A stretch of DNA of 64,000 nucleotides. It comes from Antedon mediterranea (lineage: Eukaryota; Animalia; Echinodermata). The position numbers were made by a program, and so were the translations under genes. Under the pieces are notes generated by a model, which was not told the origin of the DNA, made no database searches, and was given only the letters and a program-made list of their open reading frames with translations. The DNA lies in contig NC_092673.1 in the NCBI RefSeq assembly GCF_964355755.1, forward strand, positions 10,478,001 to 10,542,000, given 5' to 3'. Shown piece by piece: positions 15,001 through 29,699 of this stretch (its first letter is position 1; every line of letters starts with the position of its first letter).

Positions 15001-16043
15001 CACTCTCTCTCGCTGATCTATCTCTCTCTCGCGCTGATCTATCTCTCTCTCTCGCTGATCTATCTCTATCTCTCATTGATCTATCTCTCTCTCTCGCTGA
15101 TCTATCTCTATCTCGCTGATCTATCTCTAGCTCTCTGTCGCTGATCTATCTCTAGCTCTCTCTCGCTGATCTATCTCTCTCTGTCGCTGATCTATCTCTC
15201 TCTGTCGCTGATCTATCTCTCTCTGTCGCTGATCTATCTCTCTCTGTCGCTGATCTATCTTCCTCTGTCGCTGATCTATCTCTCTGTCGCTGATCTATCT
15301 CTCTATCTCTCTCTCGTGTGATCTATCTCTCTCGCTGATCTATCTCTCTATCGCTGATCTATCTCTCTCTCGCTGATCTATCTCCCTCTCGCTGATCTAT
15401 TTCTCTCTCGCTGTACTATCTCTCTCTCGCTGATCTATTCCTCTCGCTGATCTATCTCTCTCTCACTGATCTATCTCTCTCTCGCTGATCTATCTCTCTC
15501 TCGCTGATCTATCTCTCTCGCTGATCTATCTCTCACTCGCTGATCTATCTCTCTCTCGCTGATCTATCTCTCTCTCGCTGATCTATCTCTCTCTCGCTGA
15601 TCTATCTCTCTCTCGCTGATCTATCTCTCTCTGGCAGATCTATCTCTCTCTCGCTGATCTATCTCTCTCTCGCTGATCTATCTCTCTCTCTCTCGCTGAT
15701 TTATCTCTCTCTAGCTGATCTATCTCTCTCGCTGATCTATCTCTCTCTCTGATTTATCTCTCTCTCGCTTATCTATCTCTCTCTCGCTGATCTACCTCTC
15801 TCTCGCTGATCTATCTCTCTCTCTCGCTGATCTATCTCTCTCTCGCTGATCTATCTCTCTCTCGCTGATCTAACTCTCTCGCTGATCTATCTCTCTCACG
15901 CTGATCTATCTCTTTCTCGCTGATCTATCTCTCTCGCTGATCTATCTCTCTCTCGCTGATCTATCTCTCTCTCGCTGATCTATCTCTCACTCGCTGATCT
16001 ATCTCTCACTCTCTGATCTATCTCTATCTCGCTGATCTATCTC
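1..16043. repeat. 19-bp satellite array (CTCTCTCTCGCTGATCTAT)n with variable CT-tract length and higher-order repeats
   Basis: Continuous tandem monomers. Diagnostic variants recur in the same order, e.g. CTGATTTA near 229, 1583 and 2980, a period of about 1.35-1.4 kb. Confidence 0.98.
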
Positions 16044-16314
16044 CTAGTTCCTAGTTCTGGTGGTGGAACAAGTCTTCTCGGATAAGGACTATAAACCGTA
16101 GGTCCAGTGTACACAGTTATAACCTGTGTGTACTTTAAAGAACCCAGTTCATTATTCGAAAAATAGTAGGGGGTTACCCCGGTGAACTGGTTCACACAAT
16201 AGCCCCTGTATCAGGGGGATTACCACCTATCTGATAGGACAGTGATTAATTCACTGTTGGTAATCCTTGGCCACATTGCCTAAAGACATAAAATAAAATA
16301 AAATAAATAAATAA
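16044..16314 (+). mobile_element. 5'-truncated SINE (MetaSINE-like core) inserted in the satellite
   Basis: Core motifs GGATAAGGACTATAAACCGTAGGTCC and TTAAAGAACCC, an (AAAAT/AAAT)n tail, and ATCTATCTC on both sides (consistent with a TSD). A diverged copy lies at ~58813-58962. Confidence 0.7.
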
Positions 16315-16402
16315 ATCTATCTCTCTCGTTGATCTATCTCTCTCTCGCTGATCTATCTCTCTCTCGCTGATCTATCTCTCTCTCGCTGATCTATCTCACA
16401 CT
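16315..16402. repeat. Short satellite segment between two insertions
   Basis: Four to five monomers of the same 19-bp repeat. Confidence 0.95.
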
Positions 16403-18548
16403 CACGTCATATTGCGAATTTTGGACAAAAAGTGTTTTGAGAGCGCTTTTGATTTATATATTAGCGCGAGCCTATCTTTACCGCTGAGAATTGTATTGAG
16501 AAACCCGAAGACTTCACGCGAGCGAGACGAACTGACTAAGAACATTATTACTATAGATTTTCACTTCATACACGCTTATTATTGAACAATAGTTAGTATA
16601 AATAACTGCTAGTTAATTAGAGACATTCGATGTTACTAAGAATACTAAAGAAATTACCTATAATACAAATTTAAAAGATTTATAACGATTCTAGTTTAGG
16701 TAACATTCGCCCATTAACAATCAAAACAAACAAATCCTGCGTAGGAAATCGCGGATCTCTAAAAAGTTTGTTTTGATATCACGCTAAAATTGTTTCCGAA
16801 TTTTTAAATACATATTTGTAAATTTTATGTTAAATTTCAATATCTTTACTTTTAATCCTCAAAAAATCAAAATGTTAATATTTTTTAAAAGAATTTTATG
16901 ATCATTTGAAATCGGGTATATTTACTATCGATCGCGCTCCGCCGGTGCCCGAGTAGGTGTGTACGCGTCGCTTTTGCTGGCTCTATTCCCAGTAGCGAGT
17001 TTCGGTCGCGCTAACATAAGCAATGTTTTCTACATTTACATGCATTAGGGGTAAATTATGTTTAATTGTTTTTACCGCATACCAAAATTCCCAAATTTAT
17101 TTCTTTTCTTGCCTAACCGTTTCTGTCACCCTAAAATCAAATACTTTAACTGCATAATTTTAAGCGACAATAACATACAAATAGGCCTACTATAATTTGA
17201 TCACTTCTGCGCAATACTTTAAAGTTGTTGTATACAATTATTTTAAGAATATAAATAAAAACACACAGAAACTAATAAAATGGCAACTAATTGAAAAGTC
17301 AAACTCATTTATTTTATCAATTAAATATTTGAAAAAAATCAAATCAAGTAAGGTACTGCTGTGTAGGCCTTAAATATGATTACTGTATTTTTTAGTTTTA
17401 ATTTGTATAATGGCCTAGGCCTAATAATATAGTACTAACAACATGTTTATTTCTAAAGGCAAGAATAACAAACAGCTTTATTTATTTACCTTCAATATTA
17501 AATCTATGAGAAACCTCAATTATGAGAATCATTTAAATTTCTGTCACCGTACATTTCATTATAATGAAAACCTTTAATTTAAAAGACATTTAATTAATAA
17601 GAGCTGGTCAAATATTTTTGAATGTCAACATGCTGTCCATAAATAGCCGCTTTCAAGTGATGCAAATGTTTTCTGGAGTCAGATCCTATAAAAATATAGA
17701 AATATAAAAAGTATGTTAATTTAAATATGTATTTGAAAGATGGGCTAGAGGTATACTGCATGATAAATTAGGCTGAAAAACCTAGCATGTAGTCCTAGGA
17801 CTACTACAAGGCCTAGCTTAATGTTTTAAATCCCATAAAACGTTTGAATTTAATACAAGTACAAAATCTAATTTATATAGAGTTGTAAAGTGTGGTACAT
17901 TCAGTACATTAATTAAAATAAATGCGAATGGGGCCTAATATTAATAAATAAACATGTAAAAAAATTGGCCTAAACGACTACGTGTGTATCTTATACGCAT
18001 TGATTAACACGCAGTACGCGTTGGACCATCAAGGCTAGGCCCAGCTTCGCACAAACCACCGTTATACATGTGATTTGTTTACCTATTTCAATCGCCATTT
18101 AAAAAATACATGAAAATATCAACATGCCCATTTTTTGTCAAACGAATATTTACATTACATAGTAACTTTTTATTTAGTCACTCGTTTACTCAAAAATTGA
18201 GGAATTTTTTTATGGTCTCGTAAAAATGTACAATATTATTATTGATAAAAACCGTATAAAATCTAACAAAAAGAAGAGCAAATTCAATGATTACCTGACA
18301 CGATCATAACTGCTATCCTGTTCCAAAAACCGAGTAACATGCTTCTTCAACCCTTGCTTTAATTATTCTCATGAATTATTCATAAGGAACTATAATTTAA
18401 GGCTTTCAATTGGTTAAAAGAGTTTAACCCTATTAAAATTTTAAATTCACATCATTTCCGGGTGATGTTGTCGCGCTTGGATGAATCTCAGAAATCACAA
18501 ATGACCGCTAGAGGGCTCACTACTTTTTGTCTAGTCTAAATGAATGTG
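16403..18548. mobile_element. Non-coding 2.1-kb insertion with CAC...GTG ends (putative non-autonomous DNA transposon) in the CT tract of the satellite
   Basis: Starts CACGTCATATT; the reverse complement of its end is CACATTCATTT. The satellite variant order resumes across it. No ORF of 60 aa or more. Confidence 0.6.
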
Positions 18549-21500
18549 ATCTCTCTCTCTCGCTGATCTATCTCTCTCTCGCTGATCTATCTCTCTCTCG
18601 CTGATCTATCTCTCTCTCGCCGATCTATCTCTCTCTCGCTGATCTATCTCTCTCTCGCTGATCTATATCTCTCTCGCTGATCTATCTCTCTCTCGCTGAT
18701 CTTTCTCTCTCTCTGGCTGATCTATCTCTCTCTCTCGCTGATCTATCTCTCTCGCTGATCTATCTCTCTCTCGCTGATCTATCTCTCTCTCTCTCGCTGG
18801 TCTATCTCTCTCGCTGATCTATCTTTCTCTCGCTGATCTCTCTCTCTCTCTCTCTCGCGCTGATCTATCTCTCTCTCGCTGATCTATCTCTCTCTCGCAG
18901 ATCCATCTCTCTCTCGCTGATCTATCTCTCTCTCGCTAATCTATCTCCCTCGCTGTTCTATCTCTCTCTAGTTGATCTATCTCTTTCTCGCTGATCTATC
19001 TCTCTCTCGCTGATCTATCTCTCTCTCGCTGATCTATCTCTCTCTCTCGCTGATCTATCTCTCTCTCGCTGATCTATCTCTCTCTCTTGCTGATCTATCA
19101 CTCTCTCTCGCTGATCTATCTCTCTCGCGCTGATCTATCTCTCTCTCTCTCTCTCTCGCTGATCTATCTCTATCTCTCACTGATCTATCTCTCTCTCTCG
19201 CTGATCTATCTCTCTCTCTCGCTGATCTATCTCTAGCTCTCTGTCGCTGATCTATCTCTAGCTCTCTGTCGCTGATCTATCTCTAGCTCTCTCTCGCTGA
19301 TCTATCTCTCTCTGTCGCTGATCTATCTCTCTCTGTCGCTGATCTATCTCTCTCTGTCGCTGATCTATCTCTCTCTGTCGCTGATCTATCTCCCTCTGTC
19401 GCTGATCTATCTCTCTCTGTCGCTGATCTATCTCTCTCTGTCGCTGATCTATCTCTCTATCTCTCTCTCGCTGATCTATCTCTCTCGCTGATCTATCTCT
19501 CTCTCGCTGATCTATCTCTCTCTCGCTGATCTATCTCCCTCTCGCTGATCTTTTTCTCTCTCGCTGATCTATCTCTCTCTCGCTGATCTATCTCTCTCGC
19601 TGATCTATCTCTCTCTCTCGCTGATCTATCTCTCTCTCGCTGATCTATCTCTCTCTCGCTTATCTATCTCTCTCTCGCTGATCTATCTCTCACTCGCTGA
19701 TCTATCTCTCTCTCGCTGATCTATCTCTCTCTAGCTGATCTATCTCTCTCTCGCTGATCTATCTCTCTCTCGCTGATCTATCTCTCTCTCGCAGATATAT
19801 CTCTCTCTCGCTGATCTATCTCTCTCTCACTGATCTATCTCTCTCTCTCTCGCTGATTTATCGCTCTCTCGCTGATCTATCTCTCTCACTGATCTATCTC
19901 TCTCTCTCTGATTTATCTCTCTCGCTGATCAATCTCTCTCGCTGATCTAACTCTCTCGCTGATCTATCTCTCTCTCGCTGATCTATCTCTTTCTCGCTGA
20001 TCTATCTCTCTCTCGCTGATCTATCTCTCTCTCGCTGATCTATCTCTCTCTCGCTGATCTATCTCTCACTCGCTGATCTATCTCTCACTCGCTGATCTAT
20101 CTCTCTCTCGCTGATCTATCTCTCTCTCGCTGATCTATCTCTCTCGTTGATCTATCTCTCTCTCGCTGATCTATCTCTCTCTCGCTGATCTATCTCTCTC
20201 TCGCTGATCTATCTCTCTCTCGCAGATCTATCTCTCTCTCTCTGATCTATCTCTCTCTCTCAATGATTTATATCTCTCTCGCTGATCTATCTCTCTCGCT
20301 GATCTATCTCTCTCTCTGATTTATCTCTCTCTCGCTTATCTATCTCTCTCTCGCTGATCTACCTCTCTCTCGCTGATCTATCTCTCTCGCTGATCTATCT
20401 CTCTCTCGCTGATCTATCTCTCTCTCGCTGATCTAACTCTCTCGCTGATCTATCTCTCTCTCTCGCTGATCTATCTCTTTCTCGCTGATCTATCTCTCTC
20501 GCTGATCTATCTCTCTCTCTCTCGCTGATCTATCTCTCTCTCGCTGATCTATCTCTCACTCGCTGATCTATCTCTCACTCTCTGATCTATCTCTCTCTCG
20601 CTGATCTATCTCTCTCTCGCTGATCTATCTCTCTCGTTGATCTATATCTCTCTCGCTGATCTATCTCTCTCTCTCTTGCTGATCTATCTCTCTCGCTGAT
20701 CTATCTCTCTCTCGCTGATCTATCTCTCTCTCGCTTATCTATCTCTCTCTCTCGCTGATCTATCTCTCTCTCGCTGATCTATCTCTCTCTCTCGCTGATC
20801 TATCTCTCTCTCGCTGATCTATCTCTCTCTCGCCGATCTATCTCTCTCTCGCTGATCTATCTCTCTGTCGCTGATCTATATCTCTCTCGCTGATCTATCT
20901 CTCTTTCGCTGATCTTTCTCTCTCTCTGGCTGATCTATCTCTCTCTCTCGCTGATCTATCTCTCTCGCTGATCTATCTCTCTCTCGCTGATCTATCTCTC
21001 TCGCTGATCTATCTTTCTCTCGCTGATCTATCTCTCTCTCTCTCGCGCTGATCTATCTCTCTCTCGCTGATCTATCTCTCTCTCGCAGATCCATCTCTCT
21101 CTCGCTGATCTATCTCTCTCTCGCTGATCTATCTCCCTCGCTGTTCTATCTCTCTCTAGTTGATCTATCTCTCTCTCGCTGATCTATCTCTCTCTCGCTG
21201 ATCTATCTCTCTCTCGCTGATCTATCTCTCTCTCTCTCACTGATCTATCTCTCTCTCGCTGATCTATCTCTCTCTCTTGCTGATCTATCACTCTCTCTCG
21301 CTGATCTATCTCTCTCTCGCGCTGATCTATCTCTCTCTCTCTCGCTGATCTATCTCTCTCTCGCTGATCTATCTCTCTCTCGCTGATCTATCTCTCTCTC
21401 GCTGATCTATCTCTCACTCGCTTATCTATCTCTCTCTCGCTGATCTATCTCTCTCTAGCTGATCTATCTCTCTCTCGCTGATCTATCTCTCTCTCGCTGA

Positions 21501-22585
21501 TCTATCTCTCTCTCGCAGATATATCTCTCTCTCGCTGATCTATCTCTCTCTCGCTGATCTATCTCTCTCTCTCTCGCTAATTTATCGCTCTCTCGCTGAT
21601 CTATCTCTCTCACTGATCTATCTCTCTCTCTCTGATTTATCTCTCTCGCTGATCAATCTCTCTCGCTGATCTAACTCTCTCGCTGATCTATCTCTCTCTC
21701 TCTCTCGCTGATCTATCTCTTTCTCGCTGATCTATCTCTCTCTCGCTGATCTATCTCTCTCTCGCTGATCTATCTCTCTCTCGCTGATCTATCTCTCACT
21801 CGCTGATCTATCTCTCACTCGCTGATCTATCTCTCTCTCGCTGATCTATCTCTCTCTCGCTGATCTATCTCTCTCGTTGATCTATCTCTCTCTCTCGCTG
21901 ATCTATCTCTCTCTCGCTGATCTATCTCTCTCTTGCTGATCTATCTCTCTCTCGCAGATCTATCTCTCTCTCGCTGATCTATCTCTCTCTCGCTGATTTA
22001 TATCTCTCTCGCTGATCTATCTCTCTCGCTGATCTATCTCTCTCTCTGATTTATCTCTCTCTCGCTTATCTATCTCTCTCTCGCTTATCTACCTCTCTCT
22101 CGCTGATCTATCTCTCTCTCGCTGATCTATCTCTCTCTCGCTGATATATCTCTCTCTCGCTGATCTAACTCTCTCGCTGATCTATCTCTCTCTCTCGCTG
22201 ATCTATCTCTTTCTCGCTGATCTATCTCTCTCGCTGATCTATCTCTCTCTCTCGCTGATCTATCTCTCTCTAGCTGATCTATCTCTCACTCGCTGATCTA
22301 TCTCTCACTCTCTGATCTATCTCTCTCTCGCTGATCTATCTCTCTCTCGCTGATCTATCTCTCTCGTTGATCTATCTCTCTCTCGCTGATCTATCTCTCT
22401 CTCGCTGATCTATCTCTCTCGCTGATCTATCTCTCTCTCGCTGATCTATCTCTCTCTCGCGCTGATCTATCTCTCTCTCTCTCGCTGATCTATCTCTATC
22501 TCTCACTGATGTATCTCTCTCTCTCGCTGATCTATCTCTCTCTCTCGCTGATCTATCTCTAGCTCTCTGTCGCTGATCTATCTCT
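18549..22585. repeat. 19-bp satellite array (continued)
   Basis: Same monomer and higher-order variants. Confidence 0.98.
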
Positions 22586-23344
22586 CACGTTTTTTTTTCA
22601 GTACAAACATTATACGTCTGTGTAGATTCAATAAAATCGACCTTTACTTTAATTTTGGCCATTCATTGCTAAAATGTATACAAAATCATAAAATATGCAT
22701 ATTTTGATTTTTATCGATTTCAATATTATCAAAATACTACAATTTAGCGATAACAAACATTTCCTCTTATAATTATTTTTATTTACATAAACTTGCCGTA
22801 TAATTTGTTTTGTTTTATATTTTGATTTTAGTAACGCTGAGAAATTAATAAACAAAACCTTGTTTTATATAAATGTATACATCGACATTAACTAGTTTAA
22901 TATAATGTATAATGAAACATAAATATATCAACTTACTTTGCCGATAAACTATAATATTGATTGAATAATTGTTTTTTTTTCTGTTTTATTAGTTTGGATG
23001 ATATGTTTTTATTTGTAGTTGAAAAAGGCAATTCTTTTTTGTTTTCATTTATGATAATGAGATAAAAGCTAGCTGAGTTTTAAAAACTATTTTTATAAAT
23101 GAATGTATTAATCCATGCATTTGTTGGCAGAGCTAGCTGCACTTCGATTATCATACACAAAACACTTTGGTGTAATTACCAGTAGTAGCGGCCCATGTCC
23201 ACTCAGCTCTAAAGCTTAGTATTAATAGCTCCTAACCACCTTATACTCGGTAATAATATATTAGATTCAACAAAGAAGTTATAAAGTGATGGGCTATATA
23301 CAGCAGATAACAGCGTGTATTATTCGAGCGACATGGTAGCTGCC

Positions 23345-23728
23345 TATTGACTATTTTCACATAAGTCATAATATTTATGACATTAATTTAGCAGTCATTA
23401 GGTCATAACATTTATGACAATTTAAAGGTACATGTTAAGTCTCGGAATACGCTAGTCATAGTGTATAGTACAGGAAGCACTAATTTCGGGGCTTCCTGGT
23501 ACAGTATTGACTATTTTCACATAAGTCATAATATTTATGACATTAATTTAGCAGTCATTAGGTCATAAAATTTATGACAATTTAAAACTACATGTTATGT
23601 CTCGGAATACGCTGGTTATAGTACATGAGGCTGTGATTTCCGGGCTTCAAGGTATTGATTATTTTCACATAAGTCATAATATTTATGACATGATTGTGAA
23701 GCTGCCATTAGGTCATAAAATTTATGAC
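23345..23728. repeat. Left subterminal tandem repeat: 3 units of ~150-160 bp, each with 2 GTCATAAnnnTTATGAC palindromes
   Basis: Palindromes start at 23365, 23402, 23525, 23562, 23673 and 23712. Confidence 0.93.
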
Positions 23729-26700
23729 TTCAGAAATACAAGAATTTCTCTGTAAAAATAATTAGTAGACAAAGTTTTAGTGTGCTATACAAGCTTTTTA
23801 TTAATGACAAAACATGAACACACTCAAGGTGTTTTTTCTCAGCCGTACATCAAAGAATTAAAGAACTGATAAATTTTAACTATTTATTCACTAACACTGG
23901 TTATTAATTTATGAATTAAACTCGGCTTCTAGTAAAATAAGTATTGTATGCATTACTAACTATTTATACGTGATTGTAGTAGAAAATATTTAAAAGATAT
24001 ATACATTTCACAGGCACAGAATAATTCGAAAGCGCCCAGTGAAATTTAATTATTTAATTTTAAACGATAAAGATGAGGAAATCAGTGAGAATGCCCAATC
24101 CAAGATCCGAACCCGGAACATTCTGCTTGATATGCAGATGACCATTAGACCACTGTTGTAGTACGGCGGAACAGTACTAGTCTCTCAATTGTATATACAG
24201 TATATATATAAACATCACAAGGCACAAATAAAATTTTATAAATTAATTTGAAAAGTTATATAAAATGTGATTGCAAGGCATGTGTCCAGTATCATGAATG
24301 CTATTTTCACCCCGGAAATGTGTAGTCGTCCTCCTCATTTGCCATCTCCGCATTATCTTCAACCTCCTCATCTGTACTGTCGTCCTCATCTGAAATGATG
24401 AATAAACCAAGGCCCTATTATTTAATAGACCTCTAAATAGTTGTATCATTTTTTTAGAAGCTCTGTGTAAACAAAATTTTAAAATAGAGCATCTTGTTTT
24501 TTCTTTTTAATTTGCATTACTATATGTTTCAAATTGGGTCAGAAATTGATTATGGGTATTTTGAATTTTTATTAAAAATTAAATGCATGGGCTGTGTTTA
24601 TACAAGTTTACAATACAGATAGCATAGTATGCCGTCCAAGTTATGAGAATACAGCTTAATATGCCGTTTTAAAATTCCTGAACAAAAAGTAGCAGTATAT
24701 TGCTCTACAAACATCAAATTATCAGCATTGCGACTTGAATGTATACAATATCGCTTGTATATTGTTCTTCGTATTAGCATCCATGACAATAGATAAACAA
24801 TAAAGTTAATTTAACTTAAACTTACCATCCGATTGGGCTCCATTTTCAAGCTGAATGCTGTTTTCAATTTCTTCTTTGAAACGAACTAATCTGGATCTTA
24901 ATTCAGATTTCCCATCATTCTCGAGCAAGGTTATACAATTGCGCCGTTGCAAAATTATTTCCTTGAACACTGTAATTATAATAACAATAAAATAGATTTC
25001 AATTGAATATTAAATTATTTTGTTAGTTCATTAATGTCGTTTGTACAAACGACAATAGTAATGACTCAAAGAACAAGAATTTTTCCCATTTGATTGCGCG
25101 ACATGCCCAATTGTCACGCAGTATGTTTTTGGTTAACATCAATTAATGATTATTATGAGTTATGGTATAAATGTATTATTTACCATTCCATCCTAGGCAA
25201 TTTACAACTAAGTGACCTTCTCTGCTATGCCTTGTCACTAGTTGCTTAATTAGCAGTTCTAGTGACTTAGCCTTAATGACGCCACCAATTCCATTCATCA
25301 TGCGTTCGTGTTGAGGGCTTACTAATAACGTGCGAATGGTGTCTAAAAAAATAGGAATCATCATTAAACTGTAGGCCTACATACTTACATTAACTTTCCT
25401 GTATATTTGAATATAATAATAATAATATCAATGGTACATTTCTTTTTTTTCTTTTATTAGACACAAGAAGAAATAACCCCATTACCCCACCATCCACCTC
25501 ATACCAAAAAGCAGTTAGTATTGCAAATTTGTGAACATTTTTTAGTAGACTGCCAATCAATGATTGGCCTATATTTATAATTGAATAAAAACGACTGAAC
25601 TATATTTGTAAATACAATAACAAACTGGGTATACCTTGTTCTTCGCAGTACCAATACTGTACTTGCATGACTCTATCGTTGTCTTTTAAAATAGTCATAT
25701 TGTATAGCAGGTCCTCGTCATTGCAAACAACTACGATGACATCAGAAATCAGCATTTCTTTTTCACATTTCTAAAAAAAAAAGGATAGAAAAAATAATAT
25801 AATAAGAAGAACAACAATAACAAAACCAGTAACAAAACCAGTGCAGTCTCAATGTTACTGTGTTATGCGAAAATTGCATGTGCCAGGCTTCGGGGGGTCA
25901 GTTAGAATGGGTAGAATTTTTGAATATTGTTCGGCTGTATAATCTCTAAAAATAGTTTGAATAATTGTTCTGTTGTTTATATAAATCTATTAAAATCTTT
26001 CTTAGTAAAGCCACATTGATAGGCCGTAAAAAACAATTTAGTTTCAAATTTGAAAAAACCTCACTATAGAATGAATTACAAATATACAAAACAATATAAA
26101 ATATTTAAAATATATCAAACCTCTGTCAGTACGAGCAGGCCACGATGTAACCCCATATTACTGGAATTGGCAATATCTGTCAATTTTCTGCCAATAAACG
26201 GCCCAGACATAACTTGACACTTTGATCTTGTTCCATCTTCTGTTAAAATATCAACTGTTGACGCTTGAGGGTGACTTTGCTTTTGTTCCTCCCAAAACAG
26301 AGCATCTTGACAATGCATGAATAAACCTGGTGGAATTTCGCTTTTAGATAACTTCCCTTTCAAAAGAAATGTATTAAAATGTTTTTATTATTATTTATTC
26401 AATATTTTAATTTCTATAAGGGATAGTAGTTTTGTGCGAATAAAGTACCTTTGCATCGAACTGCATAATATTAAATTGTTTCAATTTTGTACGAATTTTT
26501 AAAATCTGACAGAGTGGGACTTGGTTTTAGAAATATAGCACAAATACAGCTACTGAATTCTATTAGTAACATAGTAACCTTACTTGTTGTTAAAAAAGGC
26601 CGAAGAGCAGAATCGGTCGTGTGCTCCGGAAATCTGTCGGTCGCTTCCTTCCATGTCAGTACTTTAATAGTTGTCAAAAATTTTCCTCTGGTCACCTTTA

Positions 26701-29699
26701 TCTGCTTGATCGACCGTGCTTTATTTTCAACCTCTTTAATGGACATTGTTCCGTCTGTTACAGATGACAGCATATTAAACTTGTCTTCTTCCGACAGGCC
26801 TTGTAGTGTCATGAAGAACTATAGAATTGTAAAAAAAATGTTTAGTCACAATACTGATAACAAATAATAAAGCGTTCCAATAGGGGTTCAAGAGGTTCAG
26901 TATACACATTTCTCTCGTGTGGATAACAATTGAAAAAAACAAAACAATTGTTAATGCACGTCATATCATTTTTGAATAGGCCATTTTTTAGTTTTAACAA
27001 AGTTATTCACACCCCCCCCCCCCCCTTTAGAAAAAACAGGCCTATTTTAAAATGTTTAAATAACTTAGGCCTAATTTGAATACATTTTTATAGTTTGTTA
27101 TGTTTAGATTTAACCTGTTAGTGGCAGTTTCATAGCTGTTGGTTGACAACTGTATAAAATAAATAAATCAATAAATAATAGATTGTTTTTTACAAAGTTA
27201 TTAGGCCTAACCCTTTGAATTAAGACGCGTTGTTTCTACCGCAAGTGACTGAGACTAATAATTAACTGATTGTGTTTCTTGCTTGTTTGTTTTTGCCAAA
27301 AAAAAAGCATACACCAGTAATTGCTATCTATTGAGAGAATAAATGTGACAGAAAATAAAGGTAAGAAACCTACCGACTGCTTCAATTGCTTTCCGGGTTT
27401 GGAATCCTTTACCGTTCCTGCATTATACTGGGCAAACAGCTTGGTAACCTTTGTGTAGCATCGGTCCGTATACAATGATACTTGGAACATCGGTTCCATG
27501 GACGATATTATCTGCAATACAAAGTTATTATTTATTATTACTATCCTTATTTATTATTATCGTTATTAGCCTTTTATTATTGTTAATATCCTTATTATTA
27601 TTATTATTAATTACAACATTATTATTAATTATATCACCATTACATTAATAATTACAACTTTATATATTAGAGTCCTAAATAACTTGTTTAAATAATATTA
27701 ATAATACCTTTTTTTCGAACGATTGTTTGCCAATTGCCTCTGTACACTTTCTCCTCCATGTCGAAGTAGTTTTTGCATCTTTGTCATTGTAATCTTGCAA
27801 AATGTTGCGGCATACTGCAACGTTGTCTTCAAAAGTTGCTTGGTGAGTATTACCTGTGACGAAATTATGTCGAGATGCCACACGTAGTGATTCAGTTTTT
27901 GTTAGATCAAAATAGACTGCCACTTCTAATTGTTTAAATATATTCTCACTCATTGTTGATAGTGCTGTTCTTAAATGATTTCCGCCAAGTGAATAAAAAA
28001 TACACTTCTCGTATTCTTGTTTGTTAAAGAAATCGTTATGTTCTTTATTAAGCAATACAGGTAGTACCGTGTTCACCAGACCGTCCTTTGTAAGCGTTTC
28101 TTGAATTTTTTAAACAAAATCTTGGTCGATCTTGCGAAGTAGTAAGTCCGATGGCGGCGCTACTATCGAACTTCTTGGCACAGCAACTAGACCTAGAAAC
28201 GTAAAATGACAGTTTGTTAAATATTACATCTTATGATTATACAATAAGGAAGTATTCTCCCCAGGATTTAGATCAAGCATCGTAGTAATCTTATGTCCTG
28301 GCTAATCTGGGTGTCGGTGACTAATAATGTCAGCCTACTACTACAATTTAGTGAAATCATTTACCTGTATTTCACAATTCTAATATGAAACAACTTAATA
28401 TAAATATGTCATTGTATTATTATTATGATAGGATTTTCATATTTAATAAACCCATTTTATTTTTTACTCTCTAAAATGGGGAATTCCACAGTAATTGCAA
28501 GTTGCGACATCAGTAAAAACATTTTTAAAAATTGTTTTACATACAAAGTTGGACATTTTCAGAAAAAGGATACATTATTGAATTATATGAATTACAAAAA
28601 ATGATTGACGTTATATTTTAATATTAGTTTTATTTTTTAAATAACAATAAATATCCTAAAAATGTAACGTTGCCATACAGTATAGGCCGTTTAGTCTAGG
28701 CCTAGGTCAGGACATCAACACCCCCTGTCTGCTTGAGTGCATGGAGATCACCCTGCACATGTTATTTTTTATATTTTAGTTAATTTTGAATTTATATAGT
28801 TATTTTGCACAATATCTAGGAGGTTAGGTCTAGTGTATGTTAGCATCCGGGCTAGGTCTGGGTTTGCAAGGCTAGTAGTAGTCATGTGAAAGACAATTAA
28901 TTGTCCAATCGAATGACCGGAATCTATTTATGCGTTTTATAATAACTGTTTGAAACTTAAATAACAATAAAACAAATAGAAAATAGAGTAACTATAAGAA
29001 GTTAAAACCTGTGTTAAAAATATCTTTAGTTCGTTCATCTTCGAAAAATGTGTTCATCCGCTTTATATTTTAATAGGCCTAGTACGTATAATTACTTATC
29101 TAGCCAGATTATACTAATTTAACGTAACGAATTGTAGATACATTAAATCTAATCATGGTTAGGCCTATAGTTATTGTGAGTTATGTTTAAAATTACAGTT
29201 TTTGTTATCCAAGATCAAAGTGAATAACTATTATGTGACATATTCAACAAAACATTTGAAAAATATAAAACAGTAACGTTTGTTTAATTGTAAACTACAG
29301 TAAGACAAAAGCAGATAATATGCTTGTCTATGGGGCATGGTACAGTATGTAACTTCAATAACAAATGTTTCATATACTAACCAATGATCTTTTCTTTGAT
29401 TGTTTCGCCGATTGTCTTTATGTTAATTCTTGTTCTCTTTGTAGTTACGTTTTCAGCATCTTGAGCTTTTCGCTTTCGTAATGTTTGCAATGTTTTGGTA
29501 AGGTCGTCAATTGTCTTGCATTTGCAAAATGGGCAATTTTCGTCCGGTTTGAATTTGCTCCACAATACTTTGGTTGCAGCAAGCGTACTACTACAGTCGC
29601 TTTCTTCTGTAACAATCTATAGTATTGCAAATTTGTTTTTGATTAAATAAATAACTAAACATAGAAATTTATATTTATATAGTTGTTAAGTGTACACAC

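Noticed and set aside
1-16043. Telomeric repeat interpretation
   Set aside because: A 19-bp variable monomer with higher-order structure, flanking internal insertions on both sides in the same orientation, and not TTAGGG-like.
27451-27648. Leu/Ile-rich ORF resembling a membrane peptide
   Set aside because: Translation of an intronic (ATT)n-like microsatellite.
29008-29060. Possible extra exon MNTFFEDERTKDIFNT of the minus-strand gene
   Set aside because: Weak donor and phase-incompatible with the upstream exon; 29382 joins 28192 in frame without it.
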